From Eledone cirrhosa (lineage: Eukaryota), in assembly GCA_964016885.1 (NCBI GenBank), contig OZ024743.1, positions 25,668,001-25,732,000 of the forward strand: DNA of 64,000 bases. Direction: 5' to 3'. The number at the start of each line of letters is the position of its first letter. Within the stretch, counting starts at the first letter, position 1. The translations under genes were made by a program, and so were the position numbers. Under the pieces are notes generated by a model. It saw only the letters and a program-made list of their open reading frames with translations. It had not been told where the DNA came from and did not search any database. Below, in pieces: positions 41,815 through 55,887 of the stretch.

Positions 41815-43155
41815 GCAGCACAACAACAACAACCACAGCAACAGCGGCGGCAGCAGTAGTCGTAGTACCTGCAGCAACAACAAAAGTAACAGCAGCTCTG
41901 ACGACAACAACAGCAACAACAACAGCAGCAAAGAAAAACCAATCTCGTTTGCAGGTATCGCAAAGAACCTGGAAACGATCCTCATAACAAATGAGGAATT
42001 AGAGGAAGCGAAGGAGATGGTGACGAAAACCGGACACCGAGCAATCTGCAAGGCAGCCGAAAAAATTTTCGAAACCCAACAGCACTGTACGGTTACGTAC
42101 CGTACAGTAAGCACAAAATCCCGTAGGGTTGAAAGAGCCACAGAGGCTCAAATACAAAATGCCTTAGGGTCTGTGTGGCAGCGGAAAACGCACATCACCC
42201 GAGGCAAGAAATATGCCACCGTAGACGTGCTTTTTGCCACACCCCAGGAGGCAAAGGCTCAATCCTTAGTGACACTAAGGAGCGAGGAAATGGTGTTGGT
42301 GCCCTCCTACTGCGGGCAAAAAATTGTGAGGGTCACACTGACCCACGCTCCCCCCCCCCCCGTCCCCCGTCCCCGGAATGGCCCCTTCTTGGCTGGCCGC
42401 GTCTGTCCTCGTCGGAATCGAGGACAAAACAACTATACTGCAAGTACCGAAAAAAGTAAGAGAAGATTGGGTCGGCACCTCCATTGAGATGTTAATCCAA
42501 ACCAACCAGGTATGCATCGAAGCTATCCCGGATGTGATACACTTCGATAACGGCACTCAACTGCCCATAAGTGTTGAGGGCAAACGCCCGAAATGCTTTC
42601 GCTGTGGATCGAAGACTCACCTCAGGGCCTTCTGCAACGAGAAGACCCTGAGAAAGGAGAAAACCCCCCTCCTTCCGAAACCGGCTCCACGGCTACCAGC
42701 AACAGGACAAGCGGCAACCAGGAACGATAGGTCCGTGGCACCCATACCCACGCCACGGAAATCAAAACAGCAGCAGCAGTGGAAGTATTAACACGAACAA
42801 CAGCAATACCAAATGCACGGCAATAAATACACACAACAAGAAACTAATGACTTACATAATTGAACACACAGACATTTCACAGCACGACTACATAATACCA
42901 GCACCAATCAAAACGCCAACTAACATAAGACTGCTAAAAATAGCACAGAAACAATACACAAACATTAAAACGAAATTCCCCAACGCAGTTGGTGATTTCA
43001 GAGACCTAGGAGGGACTCTCAACCGGAGAGTATATTCGAACATACTCATAGAAGAGCCGACGACCAGCCGAAGGGACGATTCAACGGTCCCTTCACCAGA
43101 CGATCAAGTGAAAAGGGATGGAAAAACCATCCTTCCTCTACCAAAAGTACGGTAA
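41442..43155 (+). pseudogene. LINE ORF1 (frameshifted) with CCHC zinc knuckle
   Basis: ORFs 41442, 42017, 42378 and 42847 join across frameshifts; CFRCGSKTHLRAFC; central part homologous to 63040-63368. Confidence 0.75.
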
Positions 43156-43190
43156 GTGGTCTTTCCCATCTTTTCCACTCTATTTTAAAA

Positions 43191-46100
43191 ATGACCTCAC
43201 TCAGAATAGGCAGCATAAATGCGCGTGGCTTGGGGTCGTCATGGAAGCTGGGTCACCTGCTCAACGACCTCAGGTCACTAAACATAGATGTAGAGGCCAT
43301 CAGCGAGACCAGAATCTCCGAAGCACGGGCCTTCGCACCGATCTTCGGCGGCTACGATGTGTACGCATCTCCCAGCCGTCCTGGATCGGGGGGAGGAGTT
43401 GTTGTGCTTTTTCGGAGAGGTTTGGATCTCGCCATACGGGCCATCTTCCTGGATGGGTAAGTTGGTGGTGCTGGACGTGACCAGCGGAGACGGGCAAGCT
43501 TTCAGGCTAGTGACCGTCTATGCCCCGACAGGAGCAGGGCGGCCTGATTTCTTCCGGCGTCTGGAGACCTTTCTTGGAACGTCCCGCTCTTTAGTGTTAG
43601 TGGGCGACTGGAACGGGATCTTAGATGCACGCTAGGACTGTGTGGGATTAGCGGATAGGGGTGGAGGGTGAAAGAGCCTGACCAACCTGCTCAGGCGTTT
43701 TGAACTGTCTGACAGGTACCGATTGGATTTGCCGAATGTGCCAATGTGGACTTGGACAAATCGCATAGGGTCATCCAGATCATATCTAGATAGAGTATTT
43801 TGTAGGGAAATAGATAGGTCTAGCATAGGCTGTCCACAATTCAAGATAGTCAGCTACACGGACCACATATTCGAGATCTGTGTACTTGAATTAGATAGGC
43901 TTCATTGACGAGGACCCGGCTACTGGAAGCTAAACGCGTCCTTACCAGCGCGCAAGGCCTACAGAGACCGGATTAGCGAACTAGTTAAGCGGGCGTTGAC
44001 GGGGGCCATCGTCAACAACAAGTGGTGGTTTGCTCTGAAAAGAGCGATTAGAATAGAATCCATTAGGTTTAGTAAGGCTTTAGCAATAGAGAAAAATAGA
44101 GCAGAGGGAGAACTAGCTAGAAAATTAGACGAGGCGCTTAGCAAAGGCATCGCGACCGACGTGCTTGCGGCGAAATTGGCCCTTGACCAATTCTTCAATG
44201 CAAAGCACGAAGGCTGCGTTGTCAGAGTTAGGGTGCGTGCTCTCAGACACGAGGGGACGAAAGCCGTTCAATGGGCCCGAATGGCGGAGGCGTGTCGTGG
44301 CAACAAAGCCACGATCCGGTCTTTGGTGGACCACGACGGGCGCATGCTACTCGATCCCGGGCAAATGTGTGAAGCTTTTCAGCGACACTTCGCTCAGCTG
44401 TTCGGGGGCAGCGGTGGGCCGGGTCGAGGGATGGACTTTAGTGTCTACCTCGACGGATTGCTGCGTCTCTTGGCCACTGAGGCGGAGTGTTGCGAAAAGC
44501 CGATAACAGCCGCTGAAGTACGGGAGGCAATGACTGGCTGCACAATGACCGCCTGGTTTGGATGGTCTGCCCTATGAACTTTACGTACAGATGCCAGACT
44601 TGTTCGGAGGCCTCTTGGCGGACGTCTACTGCAACTGGCAACAGAACGGGAGAATTCCCAGCTCTGTGAGCCGAGGAGCGGTGGAGCTGCTGAGAAAGGA
44701 TCCGAACAAGGGGGATAACATAGATAATTTCAGGCCCATAACTCTGCTAAACACAGAGTTCAAGATTTTGGCCAAGGTGCTAGCAAAGAGGTTGGCGCTT
44801 GTCGGTGGTGGTCTGGTGGGAGAGGCGCAGACATGCGCCATTCCCGACAGATCCATCCACGACAACCTCCACCTCATGCGATACATCGTAGAGAGGGTAG
44901 CTAGGGAACCTGGCACGGGTGGGTCCTTGATCAATTTAGATCAGTCGAAAGCTATCGATAGGGTCGACCATCGTTACCTAGCGGCAGTCCTGAGGGCGGC
45001 TGGCTTTGGGCCCGTCTTCAGAGGCTGGATCGCTGCCATGCACAGCGACATCTGCTCTGTGGTGAGAGTGAACGGTCACCTTTCGGAACCGTTAAACATC
45101 ATGCGCTCGGTCCGCCAATAATGTCCCCTCTCGTCCCTCTTGTACGTATTGACTCTTGAGCCATTACTGCACAAACTGGAGACGTTGAGGGGCGTCCCGC
45201 GCGAACTAGGATGCGGAAGATCCGTGTCAGCATATGCCGACGATGTCACCGTAGTGGTGTCGAACGCCAAACACATCGAGGCGATCGGCACTACACTAAG
45301 AGAATACGAAGCGGTGACAGGAGCAATGATCAACCAGGAAAAGTCAGTGGGCCTGAAGCTCGGCACCTGGAGAGGCAGGTCCATGCCGTCCAACAGCGTC
45401 GTCGGGCGCTGGACGGACGGACCAGTTAAATTGCTCGGGGTCTGGTTCGGTCCGGATCTCCAGACGGACAAAAACTGGGACAAGGTGACGATCAGAGTGG
45501 CTTCTCTCACCCAGAAATGGGCCGAGAGGAAGCTATCCCTGAAAGGTCGAGCGGAGGTGGCGAATGCGTACATCGCGTCCGTCATCTACTACCCCCTGAC
45601 CGTCGTACCTTGTCCTAAGCCCCGCCTGACTGCGCTGGAGCGTTTGCTCTTTCGCTTCTTGTGGAAGGGACACGCTCCGATGGTCAGGCGGTCCATCTGC
45701 TGTCAACACCCGCTACGCGGAGGGCTGGGCATGCCGTGGCTGATGATGCGCAGACACGCGCTCTGGATACGACATCTCCACCTCTTCCTCGACTGTGATC
45801 AGGTGTGGTCGCCGTTTGCTAGACACGTTTTTCCCCAGCTCGTCTCCTTGACGGAGCTACAGTCCTGGGTCAAGCGAAGACCGAGAGGGAGCGCTTGGAG
45901 ACTGGAATGTCTTCAGGCGCTCACAGCCCTCGACCAATCGGGCAATGTGATCGGTGGAAACTCCACCTTGGCGTTCTATAGGGGATTAGTGGAGGGGAAG
46001 AGCGACGATGTACTTGGAGAAACTCTAGGCGTCGACGAAAATCAACTAACCAATCTCTTCGGAAGGACTTTCGGGCCGGGGCCTATGGACAACTTCCAGA

Positions 46101-46592
46101 AATCCCTGGCCTGGCAGTGCTACCGGGGTGCTTTGCCAGTTCGGGATAAACTCTACAGGCATGGAGGTGCCGTCAGCCGGGCATGTCCGAGATGCGCACA
46201 GGGCGAAGAAACCGTCCTGCACGCACTCGTCTAGTGTCCGAGCATTGCTGACTTGTGGGTTTATGTCGAACACCTGCTGTCACGTGTAGGACGGATCCAG
46301 CTATCAGCTGAGTCCATCGTGAGGATTGCCCCGCCTTCTTACTGTAGCCGAGAAGGGCAGGCAGTTTTTATCTGTCTGGTGGCCATAGATAGTATGGTGG
46401 ACACGTTTGAAAGGGCTGAAGACGAGCACTTACCTCTTCGGTGATGCCCTGATTAACTTTTTCAAATTTCATTTGAAAAGGAAAATCAGGGTAGAGAGGG
46501 AAGTGCTCTCTTCCCAGCATTTTGTTGAAAGATGGGTGAGAGAAGCAAGTATGGCCCGAATGAATGGGCCTTCTCTGAGTATGTGTCTGTAA
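43191..46592 (+). pseudogene. LINE ORF2: APE endonuclease, reverse transcriptase, C-terminal zinc motif (disrupted)
   Basis: IGSINARGL, AISETR, VGDWN, SYLDRVF, YTDH; FRPITLLNTEFKILAKVLAKRL, YADD; CPRCAQGEETVLHAL; several stops and frameshifts. Confidence 0.93.
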
Positions 46593-46818
46593 ATTAAAGG
46601 TGGAAAACTGGGAGAGGGCACTTGCCCTGGTGGTCAGGGTCACTGTGGTCTTTTAATGGGCTTTCTCCACAAATGTCCCTCGGAAGTCTCCCCCCTATTG
46701 TTATTTTATTACACCCTCTGTTTTTTACACGCAGAAATGCCCATTTGTACCGTCCTGTATTGTCCTGTACTGTCCTTAATGTCTACTTTATGTAAACCCT
46801 TGTGGTTAATAAAGAAAA

Positions 46819-46866
<48 letters not shown>

Positions 46867-47517
46867 TATACCCTCTAATTACAAAATGGCTTTCAAAACA
46901 TGACGCTTTGTTTATTTATTAATGTTTTGTTTGCTCATATGTTCCTATGTTTGTCGTTTTTGCATTGCAATTTGCTTGTGAATTGTCTTCTCTTTTCGTA
47001 TATTTTATGGTCCATTACGGTTATTTTGTTCACAAGTATTGTTAGAAACGATGACGTGGGCTTGTAACCGTGCCGTATCGAGTGTTTCGTTTTTCTCTAA
47101 ACATTTTCAAAATTGAAAACTCAATTCCATTCCCCAGCCCCCCATTCTTTTTTGTAAAATAATTATTTTTAATATTGTTTTTAAATGCTATTAAGAAAAA
47201 CAAATACTCGCAACAATTAATTCCTTTTAACCAATAGTAGTGAATTATATAGTAAATGGACTGACGAGAGGTAGAGAGAAAAATGGAATACAGGGAAAAA
47301 AAGAAAACAAGCTACTAGTAAAACAAGAGAGAATGAAAAAAGTAGAGAGTGAGATAGAGAGATGAATGAGGAAGAATATGTGTGTATGAAAGTGAAAATC
47401 TGGTCTGTTCACTTCATTTAAGTATTGATGTCAATATATTACGGCTGGAAAGAGAAGGAAGAGAGAGAGATCGCCTGGTCTTGATTCAGTGAAGGCCATT
47501 ATTATGATACACACACA

Positions 47518-47586
<69 letters not shown>

Positions 47587-47675
47587 GTGTGTGTGTGTGT
47601 CATAATAATGTGTGTATATGTATATATATATTTTTGTGTGTATCATAATAATGTGTGTATATGTATGTATATATG

Positions 47676-47809
<134 letters not shown>

Positions 47810-48058
47810 AAGAGAGAGAGAGAGATGAACTGAGATAGTTTTAGAGAATAAGAGTTATATAAAAGAGAAATAGAGAGAGGAAGTTAGAGTAGGAGAAAGA
47901 ACGCCTGCGTTTTTAATCCAGTCGTGATGGCCATGAATAAGAGAGAGGGAGATAACGTCTGTCTATTGCCGTCATTGATTATAGAAAAGTACACATTTTT
48001 TCTCTCTTATTCAACCTCTCTTATTCTACACAATCTTTCGTTCGCTTTTTCTCTTGTC

Positions 48059-48060
<2 letters not shown>

Positions 48061-48118
<58 letters not shown>

Positions 48119-48282
48119 CTCTCTCTCTCTCTCTCTCCCTCTCTCTCTCTCTCTATCTCTCTTTCTCTCTATTCCTCTCTCTCTCTCTTTCTCTCTCTCT
48201 CTCACTCTCTCTCTCTCTCTCAGTCTCTCTCTCGTTATCTTTTCTTCTTGGCTTTTATTTATCTCAATCTCTTCGGCCTTTG

Positions 48283-48355
<73 letters not shown>
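48061..48355. repeat. (CT)n polypyrimidine tracts
   Basis: Direct repeat. Confidence 0.95.
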
Positions 48356-48358
<3 letters not shown>

Positions 48359-50430
48359 CTATTATATCTTGATATTTATCTCTCTCCTTCTCTAACGTTG
48401 ATTTCCTTTACTCCTCCAGTCCATATCTTGTTCTGTTCTCTGTCTACCTATCTATGTATTTAATTATCTCCCAGTTTCTTTCGTATCCCTCTTTTACTTC
48501 ATTTTTTTTTATACTTGTAGATTGGCCAAAGCATAAAAAAATATTGCTTTCAATTGAAAAACTTTCAGCTGGCGAGACATTTCTACTCCATGACAACTTT
48601 TATTATAATCGTTGTCAAGGACGTCTTTGTGGTTGCAGAAACGATACAGGGTCGCAATAAATGTCTAACATTATTTAATTTCTCTTTTCTACGTTCTTAA
48701 TAATCCTTCGGGATTGACTTTGCCTTTATATCTCGGCAGTGTCTGTATTGACATCGATTCAATGATGCTACTAGTTCATTCAAAATTTTGACATCGTGCT
48801 AATATGCAAAATTGTTAGCCATGCCATCCAATGTTGTCAGACAGTGTTATGCTAATTAGATTTTTTAAATCACCCTGTTATTTCATTAACAACATTTTAA
48901 CCAGAATTTAATAGTTTAATTATGTTTAATAAAGTTTAGTTAATATTTAACAAGAATAAGTTTGCGCTTACGTTATTTTTTATTTGTTGAGGTTAAAACC
49001 GTATTTAGTAAATTTAAAAAAAAATACCATATTAAAAATATAATATTTTTATAAATGCTTAAATTAATATTTTAATTTATATAAAAGTGGATGTGATAGT
49101 AGAAATGATACAGTGTCTCTGGAGTGATTTCAAATTGTCTCAGATTCCACCTTACTTGAAATCGTGTTCGTGTTACCGACAGGTTTATTATTTCTTCTTC
49201 TTCTTCTTCTTCTTCTTCTTCTTCTTCTTCTTCTTCTTCTTCTTCTTCTTCTTTTTCTTCTTTTTTCTTCTTCTCCTTCAGAAGGTCGTAGGGGCAGAGA
49301 CATCAAACATACCTTCAGAATCTGCTATCAGAAGCAAGCGTCTCCAAATATAGGCAGGAACACCGAATTGAAGATTACAAGTTTGTCTTTTATACCTACC
49401 TCCCTTCTTCTGATGACAAAGGAGTTAAGCTGAAACATTATTGCACCAGCTCCAGCAATTCTTGTATTTAATTCAGCCTTCTTTCTTCCGTCTCTCGTTA
49501 AAACAGCCCCTGAAACGTGATATTGATAGGCCAGCTTTCATTAGTAAAGGGGGTGTATTGGCAGATAAAAAGTCGGATAGAATGCTTTGCGGTATTCGTT
49601 TCGGTTCTCTGTGCTACCTGAGTCCAAAATCCAGAAGCCGTAATTGTAGAAACTATTGCACTTTACACTAAGACGGTGGTTTCTATAAGACATTTACTCT
49701 CTATATTATTTCTCCATCTATGTATCCAGACCTTTCAACTCTCCCCGTCCGACAGGGAGATCTCCCACCCACTTTTAGGCGGGTGAGAGATGTCTTCCCT
49801 TTTAAAAATTGGTATAGCTATCATTATGTCAAATTTCCCCATTTTGCCTCATTTCTCCCGTTTTGGGGCATTTTTTTTCATGGGATTTAGAGGTTGTATC
49901 ACTCACGATGTATCATTCATTTAATGATGTATAACTCATTCAATACCAGCCTTTTTTTAGCATTACATATGCGGGTGTCGAATGAGCATATAATGGGTTC
50001 TTCGTTGGTTCATATGTTCGTAAAATTGAAGAGAGATTGGAAAATAAATTTAACAAAACGCTAACTTTGGAAAATAATTTCCCGCTAATGTTAGTCAAAC
50101 GATCATTTAGTACTAAATGTTATGTTTGACAAAATGTTTTTATAAGATTTTTAATGTTTGCCGCCCACCCTTTATAGTACTTTCCCATTCGCTTTCGGTT
50201 TCGCCTTAGTTTTGCTCTATGACCTTCTTGTTCTCTCTCTTCCCCTTGTATCTCTATATTTTTCTTTATCTGTTTCTATCTCACTTTCTCTCTTTCTATT
50301 TATCTCGCCTTCTCTATATCTCCCCCCCCCTCTCTATCTCGCTCTCTCTGTCGATATATCATTTTCATTTGATACTCTTCATATCATCTTCATATCTCCC
50401 TCTCTCTCTCTATATATATATATATATGTG

Positions 50431-50493
<63 letters not shown>

Positions 50494-50504
50494 ATATATA
50501 TATA

Positions 50505-50630
50505 AGTTATTCCGGGTTCAGTCGTGAGTAACCACAGTAAGTAAGGTACTCAATACATAGCTCATCAGGAACTTCCCGATTTCTCACGAATGAAACAGTT
50601 CTAGTCCTGTAGAAGCTTTTCTATATTAAA
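50505..50630. mobile_element. Rearranged family A copy (3' tail inverted relative to the hammerhead half)
   Basis: 50505-50556 is the reverse complement of the family A tail; then ctcatcag...gaaacagttctagtcctgtagaagc. Confidence 0.7.
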
Positions 50631-50632
50631 AT

Positions 50633-50700
<68 letters not shown>

Positions 50701-50705
<5 letters not shown>

Positions 50706-51453
50706 AAAGTTTGTCCTTCATCAGTGATCTTCCAACCATCATAGGCATTTCATCGCTTTAAAGACCATATACCTCCGGTTGGTGCGAACAACGGCTAAAA
50801 AAAGTCGTTGGGACACGTAAATAAAGGGGACGCGAGGGTAAACAAACAAAATGGTTAAGCAACAGAAAGTGAGGAAGGAAAAGACAAGTCCCAGATTTCT
50901 ATGAATTTAAGTTAGGTGAAATCGTGAACGAGAGAATAAAGACCATCAAACCTGGTTGAAATGTGAGCAAGGAAGGAATTTCGCACAGGTCTAACGGGAG
51001 GAAGAAGAGGTCTAGTCTGCGAATTCGGTAAACATAAGTTCTGTGAAATCGCAGACGAGAGAGAAAAAAAATTCATACCAGCTTGGCCAGCGTGCGGGAG
51101 AAAAAGAATTACACACAGGTCAAACAGGAAGAAAGGGGAGGAGAGGTAGTGACAGAGAAAGAGTGAGTGAAGGGTGAGGAAGAGGCTAACAGAGAAAGAG
51201 ACTGCTAGAAAGGGTAAAGATACATAGAACGAAAGAGACGGGTAGCAGCAGAGGAAAAATTATATGTGTATATATGAAAATAATGGAGCTGCGGCGTTGC
51301 AAATGGGTTACATATGAAAAAAGTTTGTCCTTCATCAGTGATCTTCCAACCATCATAGGCATTTCATCGCTTTAAAGACCATATACCTCCGGTTGGTGCG
51401 AACAACGGCTAAAAAAAGTCGTTGGGACACGTAAATAAAGGGGACGCGAGGGT
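50701..51453 (-). mobile_element. Family D copy with a partial-tandem terminal duplication
   Basis: 50701-50840 repeated essentially exactly at 51315-51455. Confidence 0.75.
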
Positions 51454-52385
51454 AATCAGATACTTATCTTTCCTTTCTTCTCTTTCTCTCTCTCCCCCAC
51501 CTCTCTCTCTCTCATTCTGTGTACTCCCCTTTCTCTTCCCTTCTGTCTTTATCTTTTTCTTCCATATGTTCTTCCATATTTCCTTTCTTATTTCATTCCG
51601 TCCTTCCTTCCATCTTTTCTTCATCCATTATTCCATTATTCTTCCTTCCATTATTCTTTCCATTGTTTCGTCCTTCTTTCCTTTATTCTATCCATCTTTC
51701 TATCATTTACTTCCCTCTTTCTTTTTGACTGTCATTCAATCTTTTTCCCCATCTTTTTATTGTACCTTCTTTCATTCCAATATCTTTCCTTCCATCCATC
51801 TTTCAATATTTATTTCTTCCATCTCTCCTTCCATTCCATCCTTCCCTACATCTTTGCTGTTTTTCATTCCGGTATTGTCTCTTTCTGTTTTTTATTTTTA
51901 TTTTTTTGTTTTTTGCTTTTTTTTCCATCTTTCCATCTTATATTTCATCTTTTCTTCTACACTTCCTTTCATTTTTCCTTCAATCTTTCCGTCAAATCCT
52001 TCGTCCCATCTAAACTTCTATCTTATCCTTCATTCCATCCATCCTTCCTTGTTTTTACGCTGTTTTGTTTGCTCTACGTCTGTCTGTTGTTCTTAACTGT
52101 AGTTCGTTTGTTCGTCTTATCGTCTGCTGAGTCGTTTCTTTAACACAAACTGCCGACATCACTGCCCGATCAGATCCACTAAAGGTAAAAAGAAAACGGG
52201 CTTGAGGTGGAACGGGGATGATATCCGGTAGTAAACAGAGTATAACAGATACAACCTTCGCCTCCGACCTCATTAACAGCACACGTGTTCAGCTCATCTG
52301 TATGCACCCTCACGTAAATCCGTGTGTGGCCGGCAAAACACTAATATACATACTCATTCTCCCTCTTACATCTCTTCTTTCTCTT

Positions 52386-52556
<171 letters not shown>

Positions 52557-52978
52557 CTTGTTCCGTCAATTTGAATTTTTATATACAAATGTGTGTGAGA
52601 TATTCAAATGTACAATCGTACATCCTGTATGCTCATCTCTTTCTCAAACCATCTCTCTCTCTCTCTATCTCTATCTATCTATCTATCTATATCTATATCT
52701 CTCTCTCCTCTCCCTCTCCCTCTCCCTCTCTCTTTCTCTCTTTTCTTTCCTTCTCTCTATGTTGCTCGGAAGCTAGTTACCTCTTAGCATCCTTTCTCGT
52801 ATAATTCTTCTACCCTTGATCTTTATTTTCGCCTTCCATCCACCTAACGACCCATTCATTCTTCTATTCATAAATCCAAACTCTCTACTCTTCTATTTAC
52901 TTTTCATTTATCTACCCGTCGATTAATCGCTTCTCTCCCCTTCTCACTTTCTCTCTCTCTCTCTATATATATATATAT

Positions 52979-53055
<77 letters not shown>

Positions 53056-54888
53056 TTGAAGAGTACTAACGGGAAAAAAACACCACTCAATACATGGCGT
53101 AATGTTTATTTCGTAAGCAAGAATATCTTGTCCAGATTCTGTTCAAGTAGAATCGAGAGATACTTTCGAGTACCGAATCCTACCATAGTGACGTAATGTG
53201 GCTTTTTCCGTTGTTCTAATGCCATTTCCGGTTGTAACGAGAAACGTTTTAAAATTAACGGCGTAATTGAGTCTCTATTCGCAATAAAGGAATCAATAGA
53301 GAAATACGTCAATGCTGATTAATAATCAATTAATATTAAAACTGGAAATTAATGGGACCAATCACAAATGTGGAACAACCACAAAGAAATGATTAATTCT
53401 TTTTGCTTTACAAATGTAAAAAGTCAATTTATTATGATTAGAAAATAAAGAGCTTGAGGGAAATAATTTAAGTGGATTTCTGGCATAAATTTAGATATAT
53501 TAAGTGATATACTGAATAAAGTACGCAAAAATGTTTAAGTAAATTTTATTTTTTGTTAAAAAAATTATAAACTTGGCGGTAATTGTTAACTCGGAAATAA
53601 AATGAAGAAACTTGAAGAAATTAAGAATTAATTTCTTAAAATGAAATTACATGTATAGGGGGAAACCTATTCTTTGTGTACATGCAAATTGTCAAAAAAT
53701 CGAATCTATGCTGTTAAAGTCATTTGCTCGAAAACTGTTCATTTGCATGCAAAATAATTTTGGTAAATTAAACTTTAATTTCTAAAAATTATCCGCCTCT
53801 TCCTGGAATGTCGTTAACAATTGCCGCAACGGTTTTGCATTCGTTCTCCAATTAAGAAGGAAATATCCGATAAGAAATGTTAGTGTATACCACCATCTAT
53901 ATCACCCCTTGTTTCTAGTACAATGCTACAATTGTCCTTTTTATTGTTTAAATCTGCAATGACTCCATAAAGAAAAACCTGTTAAGATCATGCTAATTTT
54001 CTCACTTTCAACCGCAAAAAAAAAAACATAAGCTCTGTTCATATAAAAAAAAAACCATCGCGACGCCCACCCCACTAAAATATGATCAGCACGTAAAGAG
54101 ATTCCATATATAGATGCTCACGTACGGGTCTAGATACACCTGAAATACGTAATAGTTGTAGCTAGAATGCTTTTTATCATAACTGAACTAGGGCTGACCT
54201 CGGGCTAAACAATTAATTATTAAACGGCAACTTTTACAGTGTTTATTTTATTTTCAAGCCAGATAATTATTTCTTTTATATACATATCTGTAATGTGAAA
54301 TGTAGTAGTTCCAAATGCAAATGACTATAATAATAATCGATCACTTTAAACAATAGTGGAGAAAATCCGCTGAAGTACTCCAGGAAATGGTAAATAAGAC
54401 ACAGAGGCGCCCGCAAAGGATCCCTAATCACAGCTTTACCGTCTTTTAGGAGATTTTAAGCCTGCAATTAGAAGTGTAAGCAATGAGTTGACTGAAGAAG
54501 CATTCAAAATTTTGAAATTTGAAATATAGGTGTCAGAAATGTGACAATAGGTCGACTTTACTTTTGATCATTGTAGTGTTAACAACAATAACATTCACAC
54601 ATACACACGCACTTTGTTCGATAATGCTTCGTTTACATATGAAGTCCCCATCATTTTCAAATATATTTTCAGACAAAAGAATCTTTAACATGAAATATTT
54701 CGCTGAAAGAAACGCAACGTCTCTCTGCCAGAATATTTTACCCAAGCACAAGAGGACGGAGAACATATTTCCTGTTGCAAAGGCCTGGGGAGCAAGAATC
54801 AATTAGAGGTTCCCCTCGTAGCCACATGGAAGGAAATTTCTTTTAATATATGTTTTTTTCAAAACTGCGGACATAACGAGAGTTCACT

Positions 54889-54946
<58 letters not shown>

Positions 54947-55518
54947 CAAAGAGGGTGTGGTAAGATACCAGGTGGACCATAACGCACCATAGTACTCAAT
55001 ACTTAGGGTAGTAGAGTGGGTAATAGGAAAAGAGTCTGGACACCGTCGGAGTCATGACTCTTTTCCTATATATATATATAATCATAAAACACCTTTTATT
55101 ATATAAAATATATTTATTTGACTCCATATTTCCTTTGGAGTTTCGTATCAGATAATGTTTTACAAATGTATAACATATTCCAATATATTATACACAATAC
55201 ATTACTTTCTAAATATATATATGTGTACGTAAATGTGTGTATCTGTCTGTATGCATGAGTGTATTGTCTCTTCGTGAGTTTAGTTGTTTTTTGTTTTGTT
55301 TTGTTTTTTTCGATCGGCCGCTTGCTTGGTTGTTTCTGTCATCCACTGTGCATCCATTATAATTTTAAAATATAAGATCATACAGATTTGTATTGTCTTA
55401 GATATCGTCACCATCGAGATGATTTCATGTCTTTTCTCACGCTCACTAGTCTATGGAGATCTGTGTCTGTTTCTCTTTCATGTCTCTCTCCACAGTCATT
55501 AGCTATCTTATTAGTATT

Positions 55519-55710
55519 TGGATTGGCAGTATCGGTAGAGGGTCGGACGCCATGCTTTCCAGCATAGTTACGTCCCTTTACGGTCTGAGTTCAAATGCCG
55601 TCGAGGTTAACTTTGCCTTTCGGGTTAACTTTGCTTACGGGGTCGATAAAATAAAGTACCAGTAATGTACTGGATTATTGCTGGCTTTGTGCCAAAAGTA
55701 GAAATAATAA
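55519..55710 (+). mobile_element. tRNA-SINE with a small internal duplication
   Basis: Family motifs; gttaactttgc duplicated. Confidence 0.85.
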
Positions 55711-55764
55711 TTATTTTCCTGCTCGCAAACTTGAAGCAGATAGTTGCTGACCTTTTTTTGTTTT

Positions 55765-55808
<44 letters not shown>

Positions 55809-55811
55809 TGT

Positions 55812-55859
<48 letters not shown>

Positions 55860-55887
55860 ATATATATATATACAGTATATATATATA

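Larger units (their letters stand above)
41225..46870 (+). mobile_element. Near full-length degenerate L1/Tx1-clade LINE
   Basis: 5'UTR, ORF1, ORF2, AATAAA at 46808, (ATT)n tail; (ATT)n tract also just upstream (41203-41224); 5' boundary inferred. Confidence 0.9.

Noticed and set aside
49405-49440. Additional hammerheads (ctgatga...gaaa here; ctgagga at ~38844)
   Set aside because: Stems do not pair convincingly; chance or too decayed
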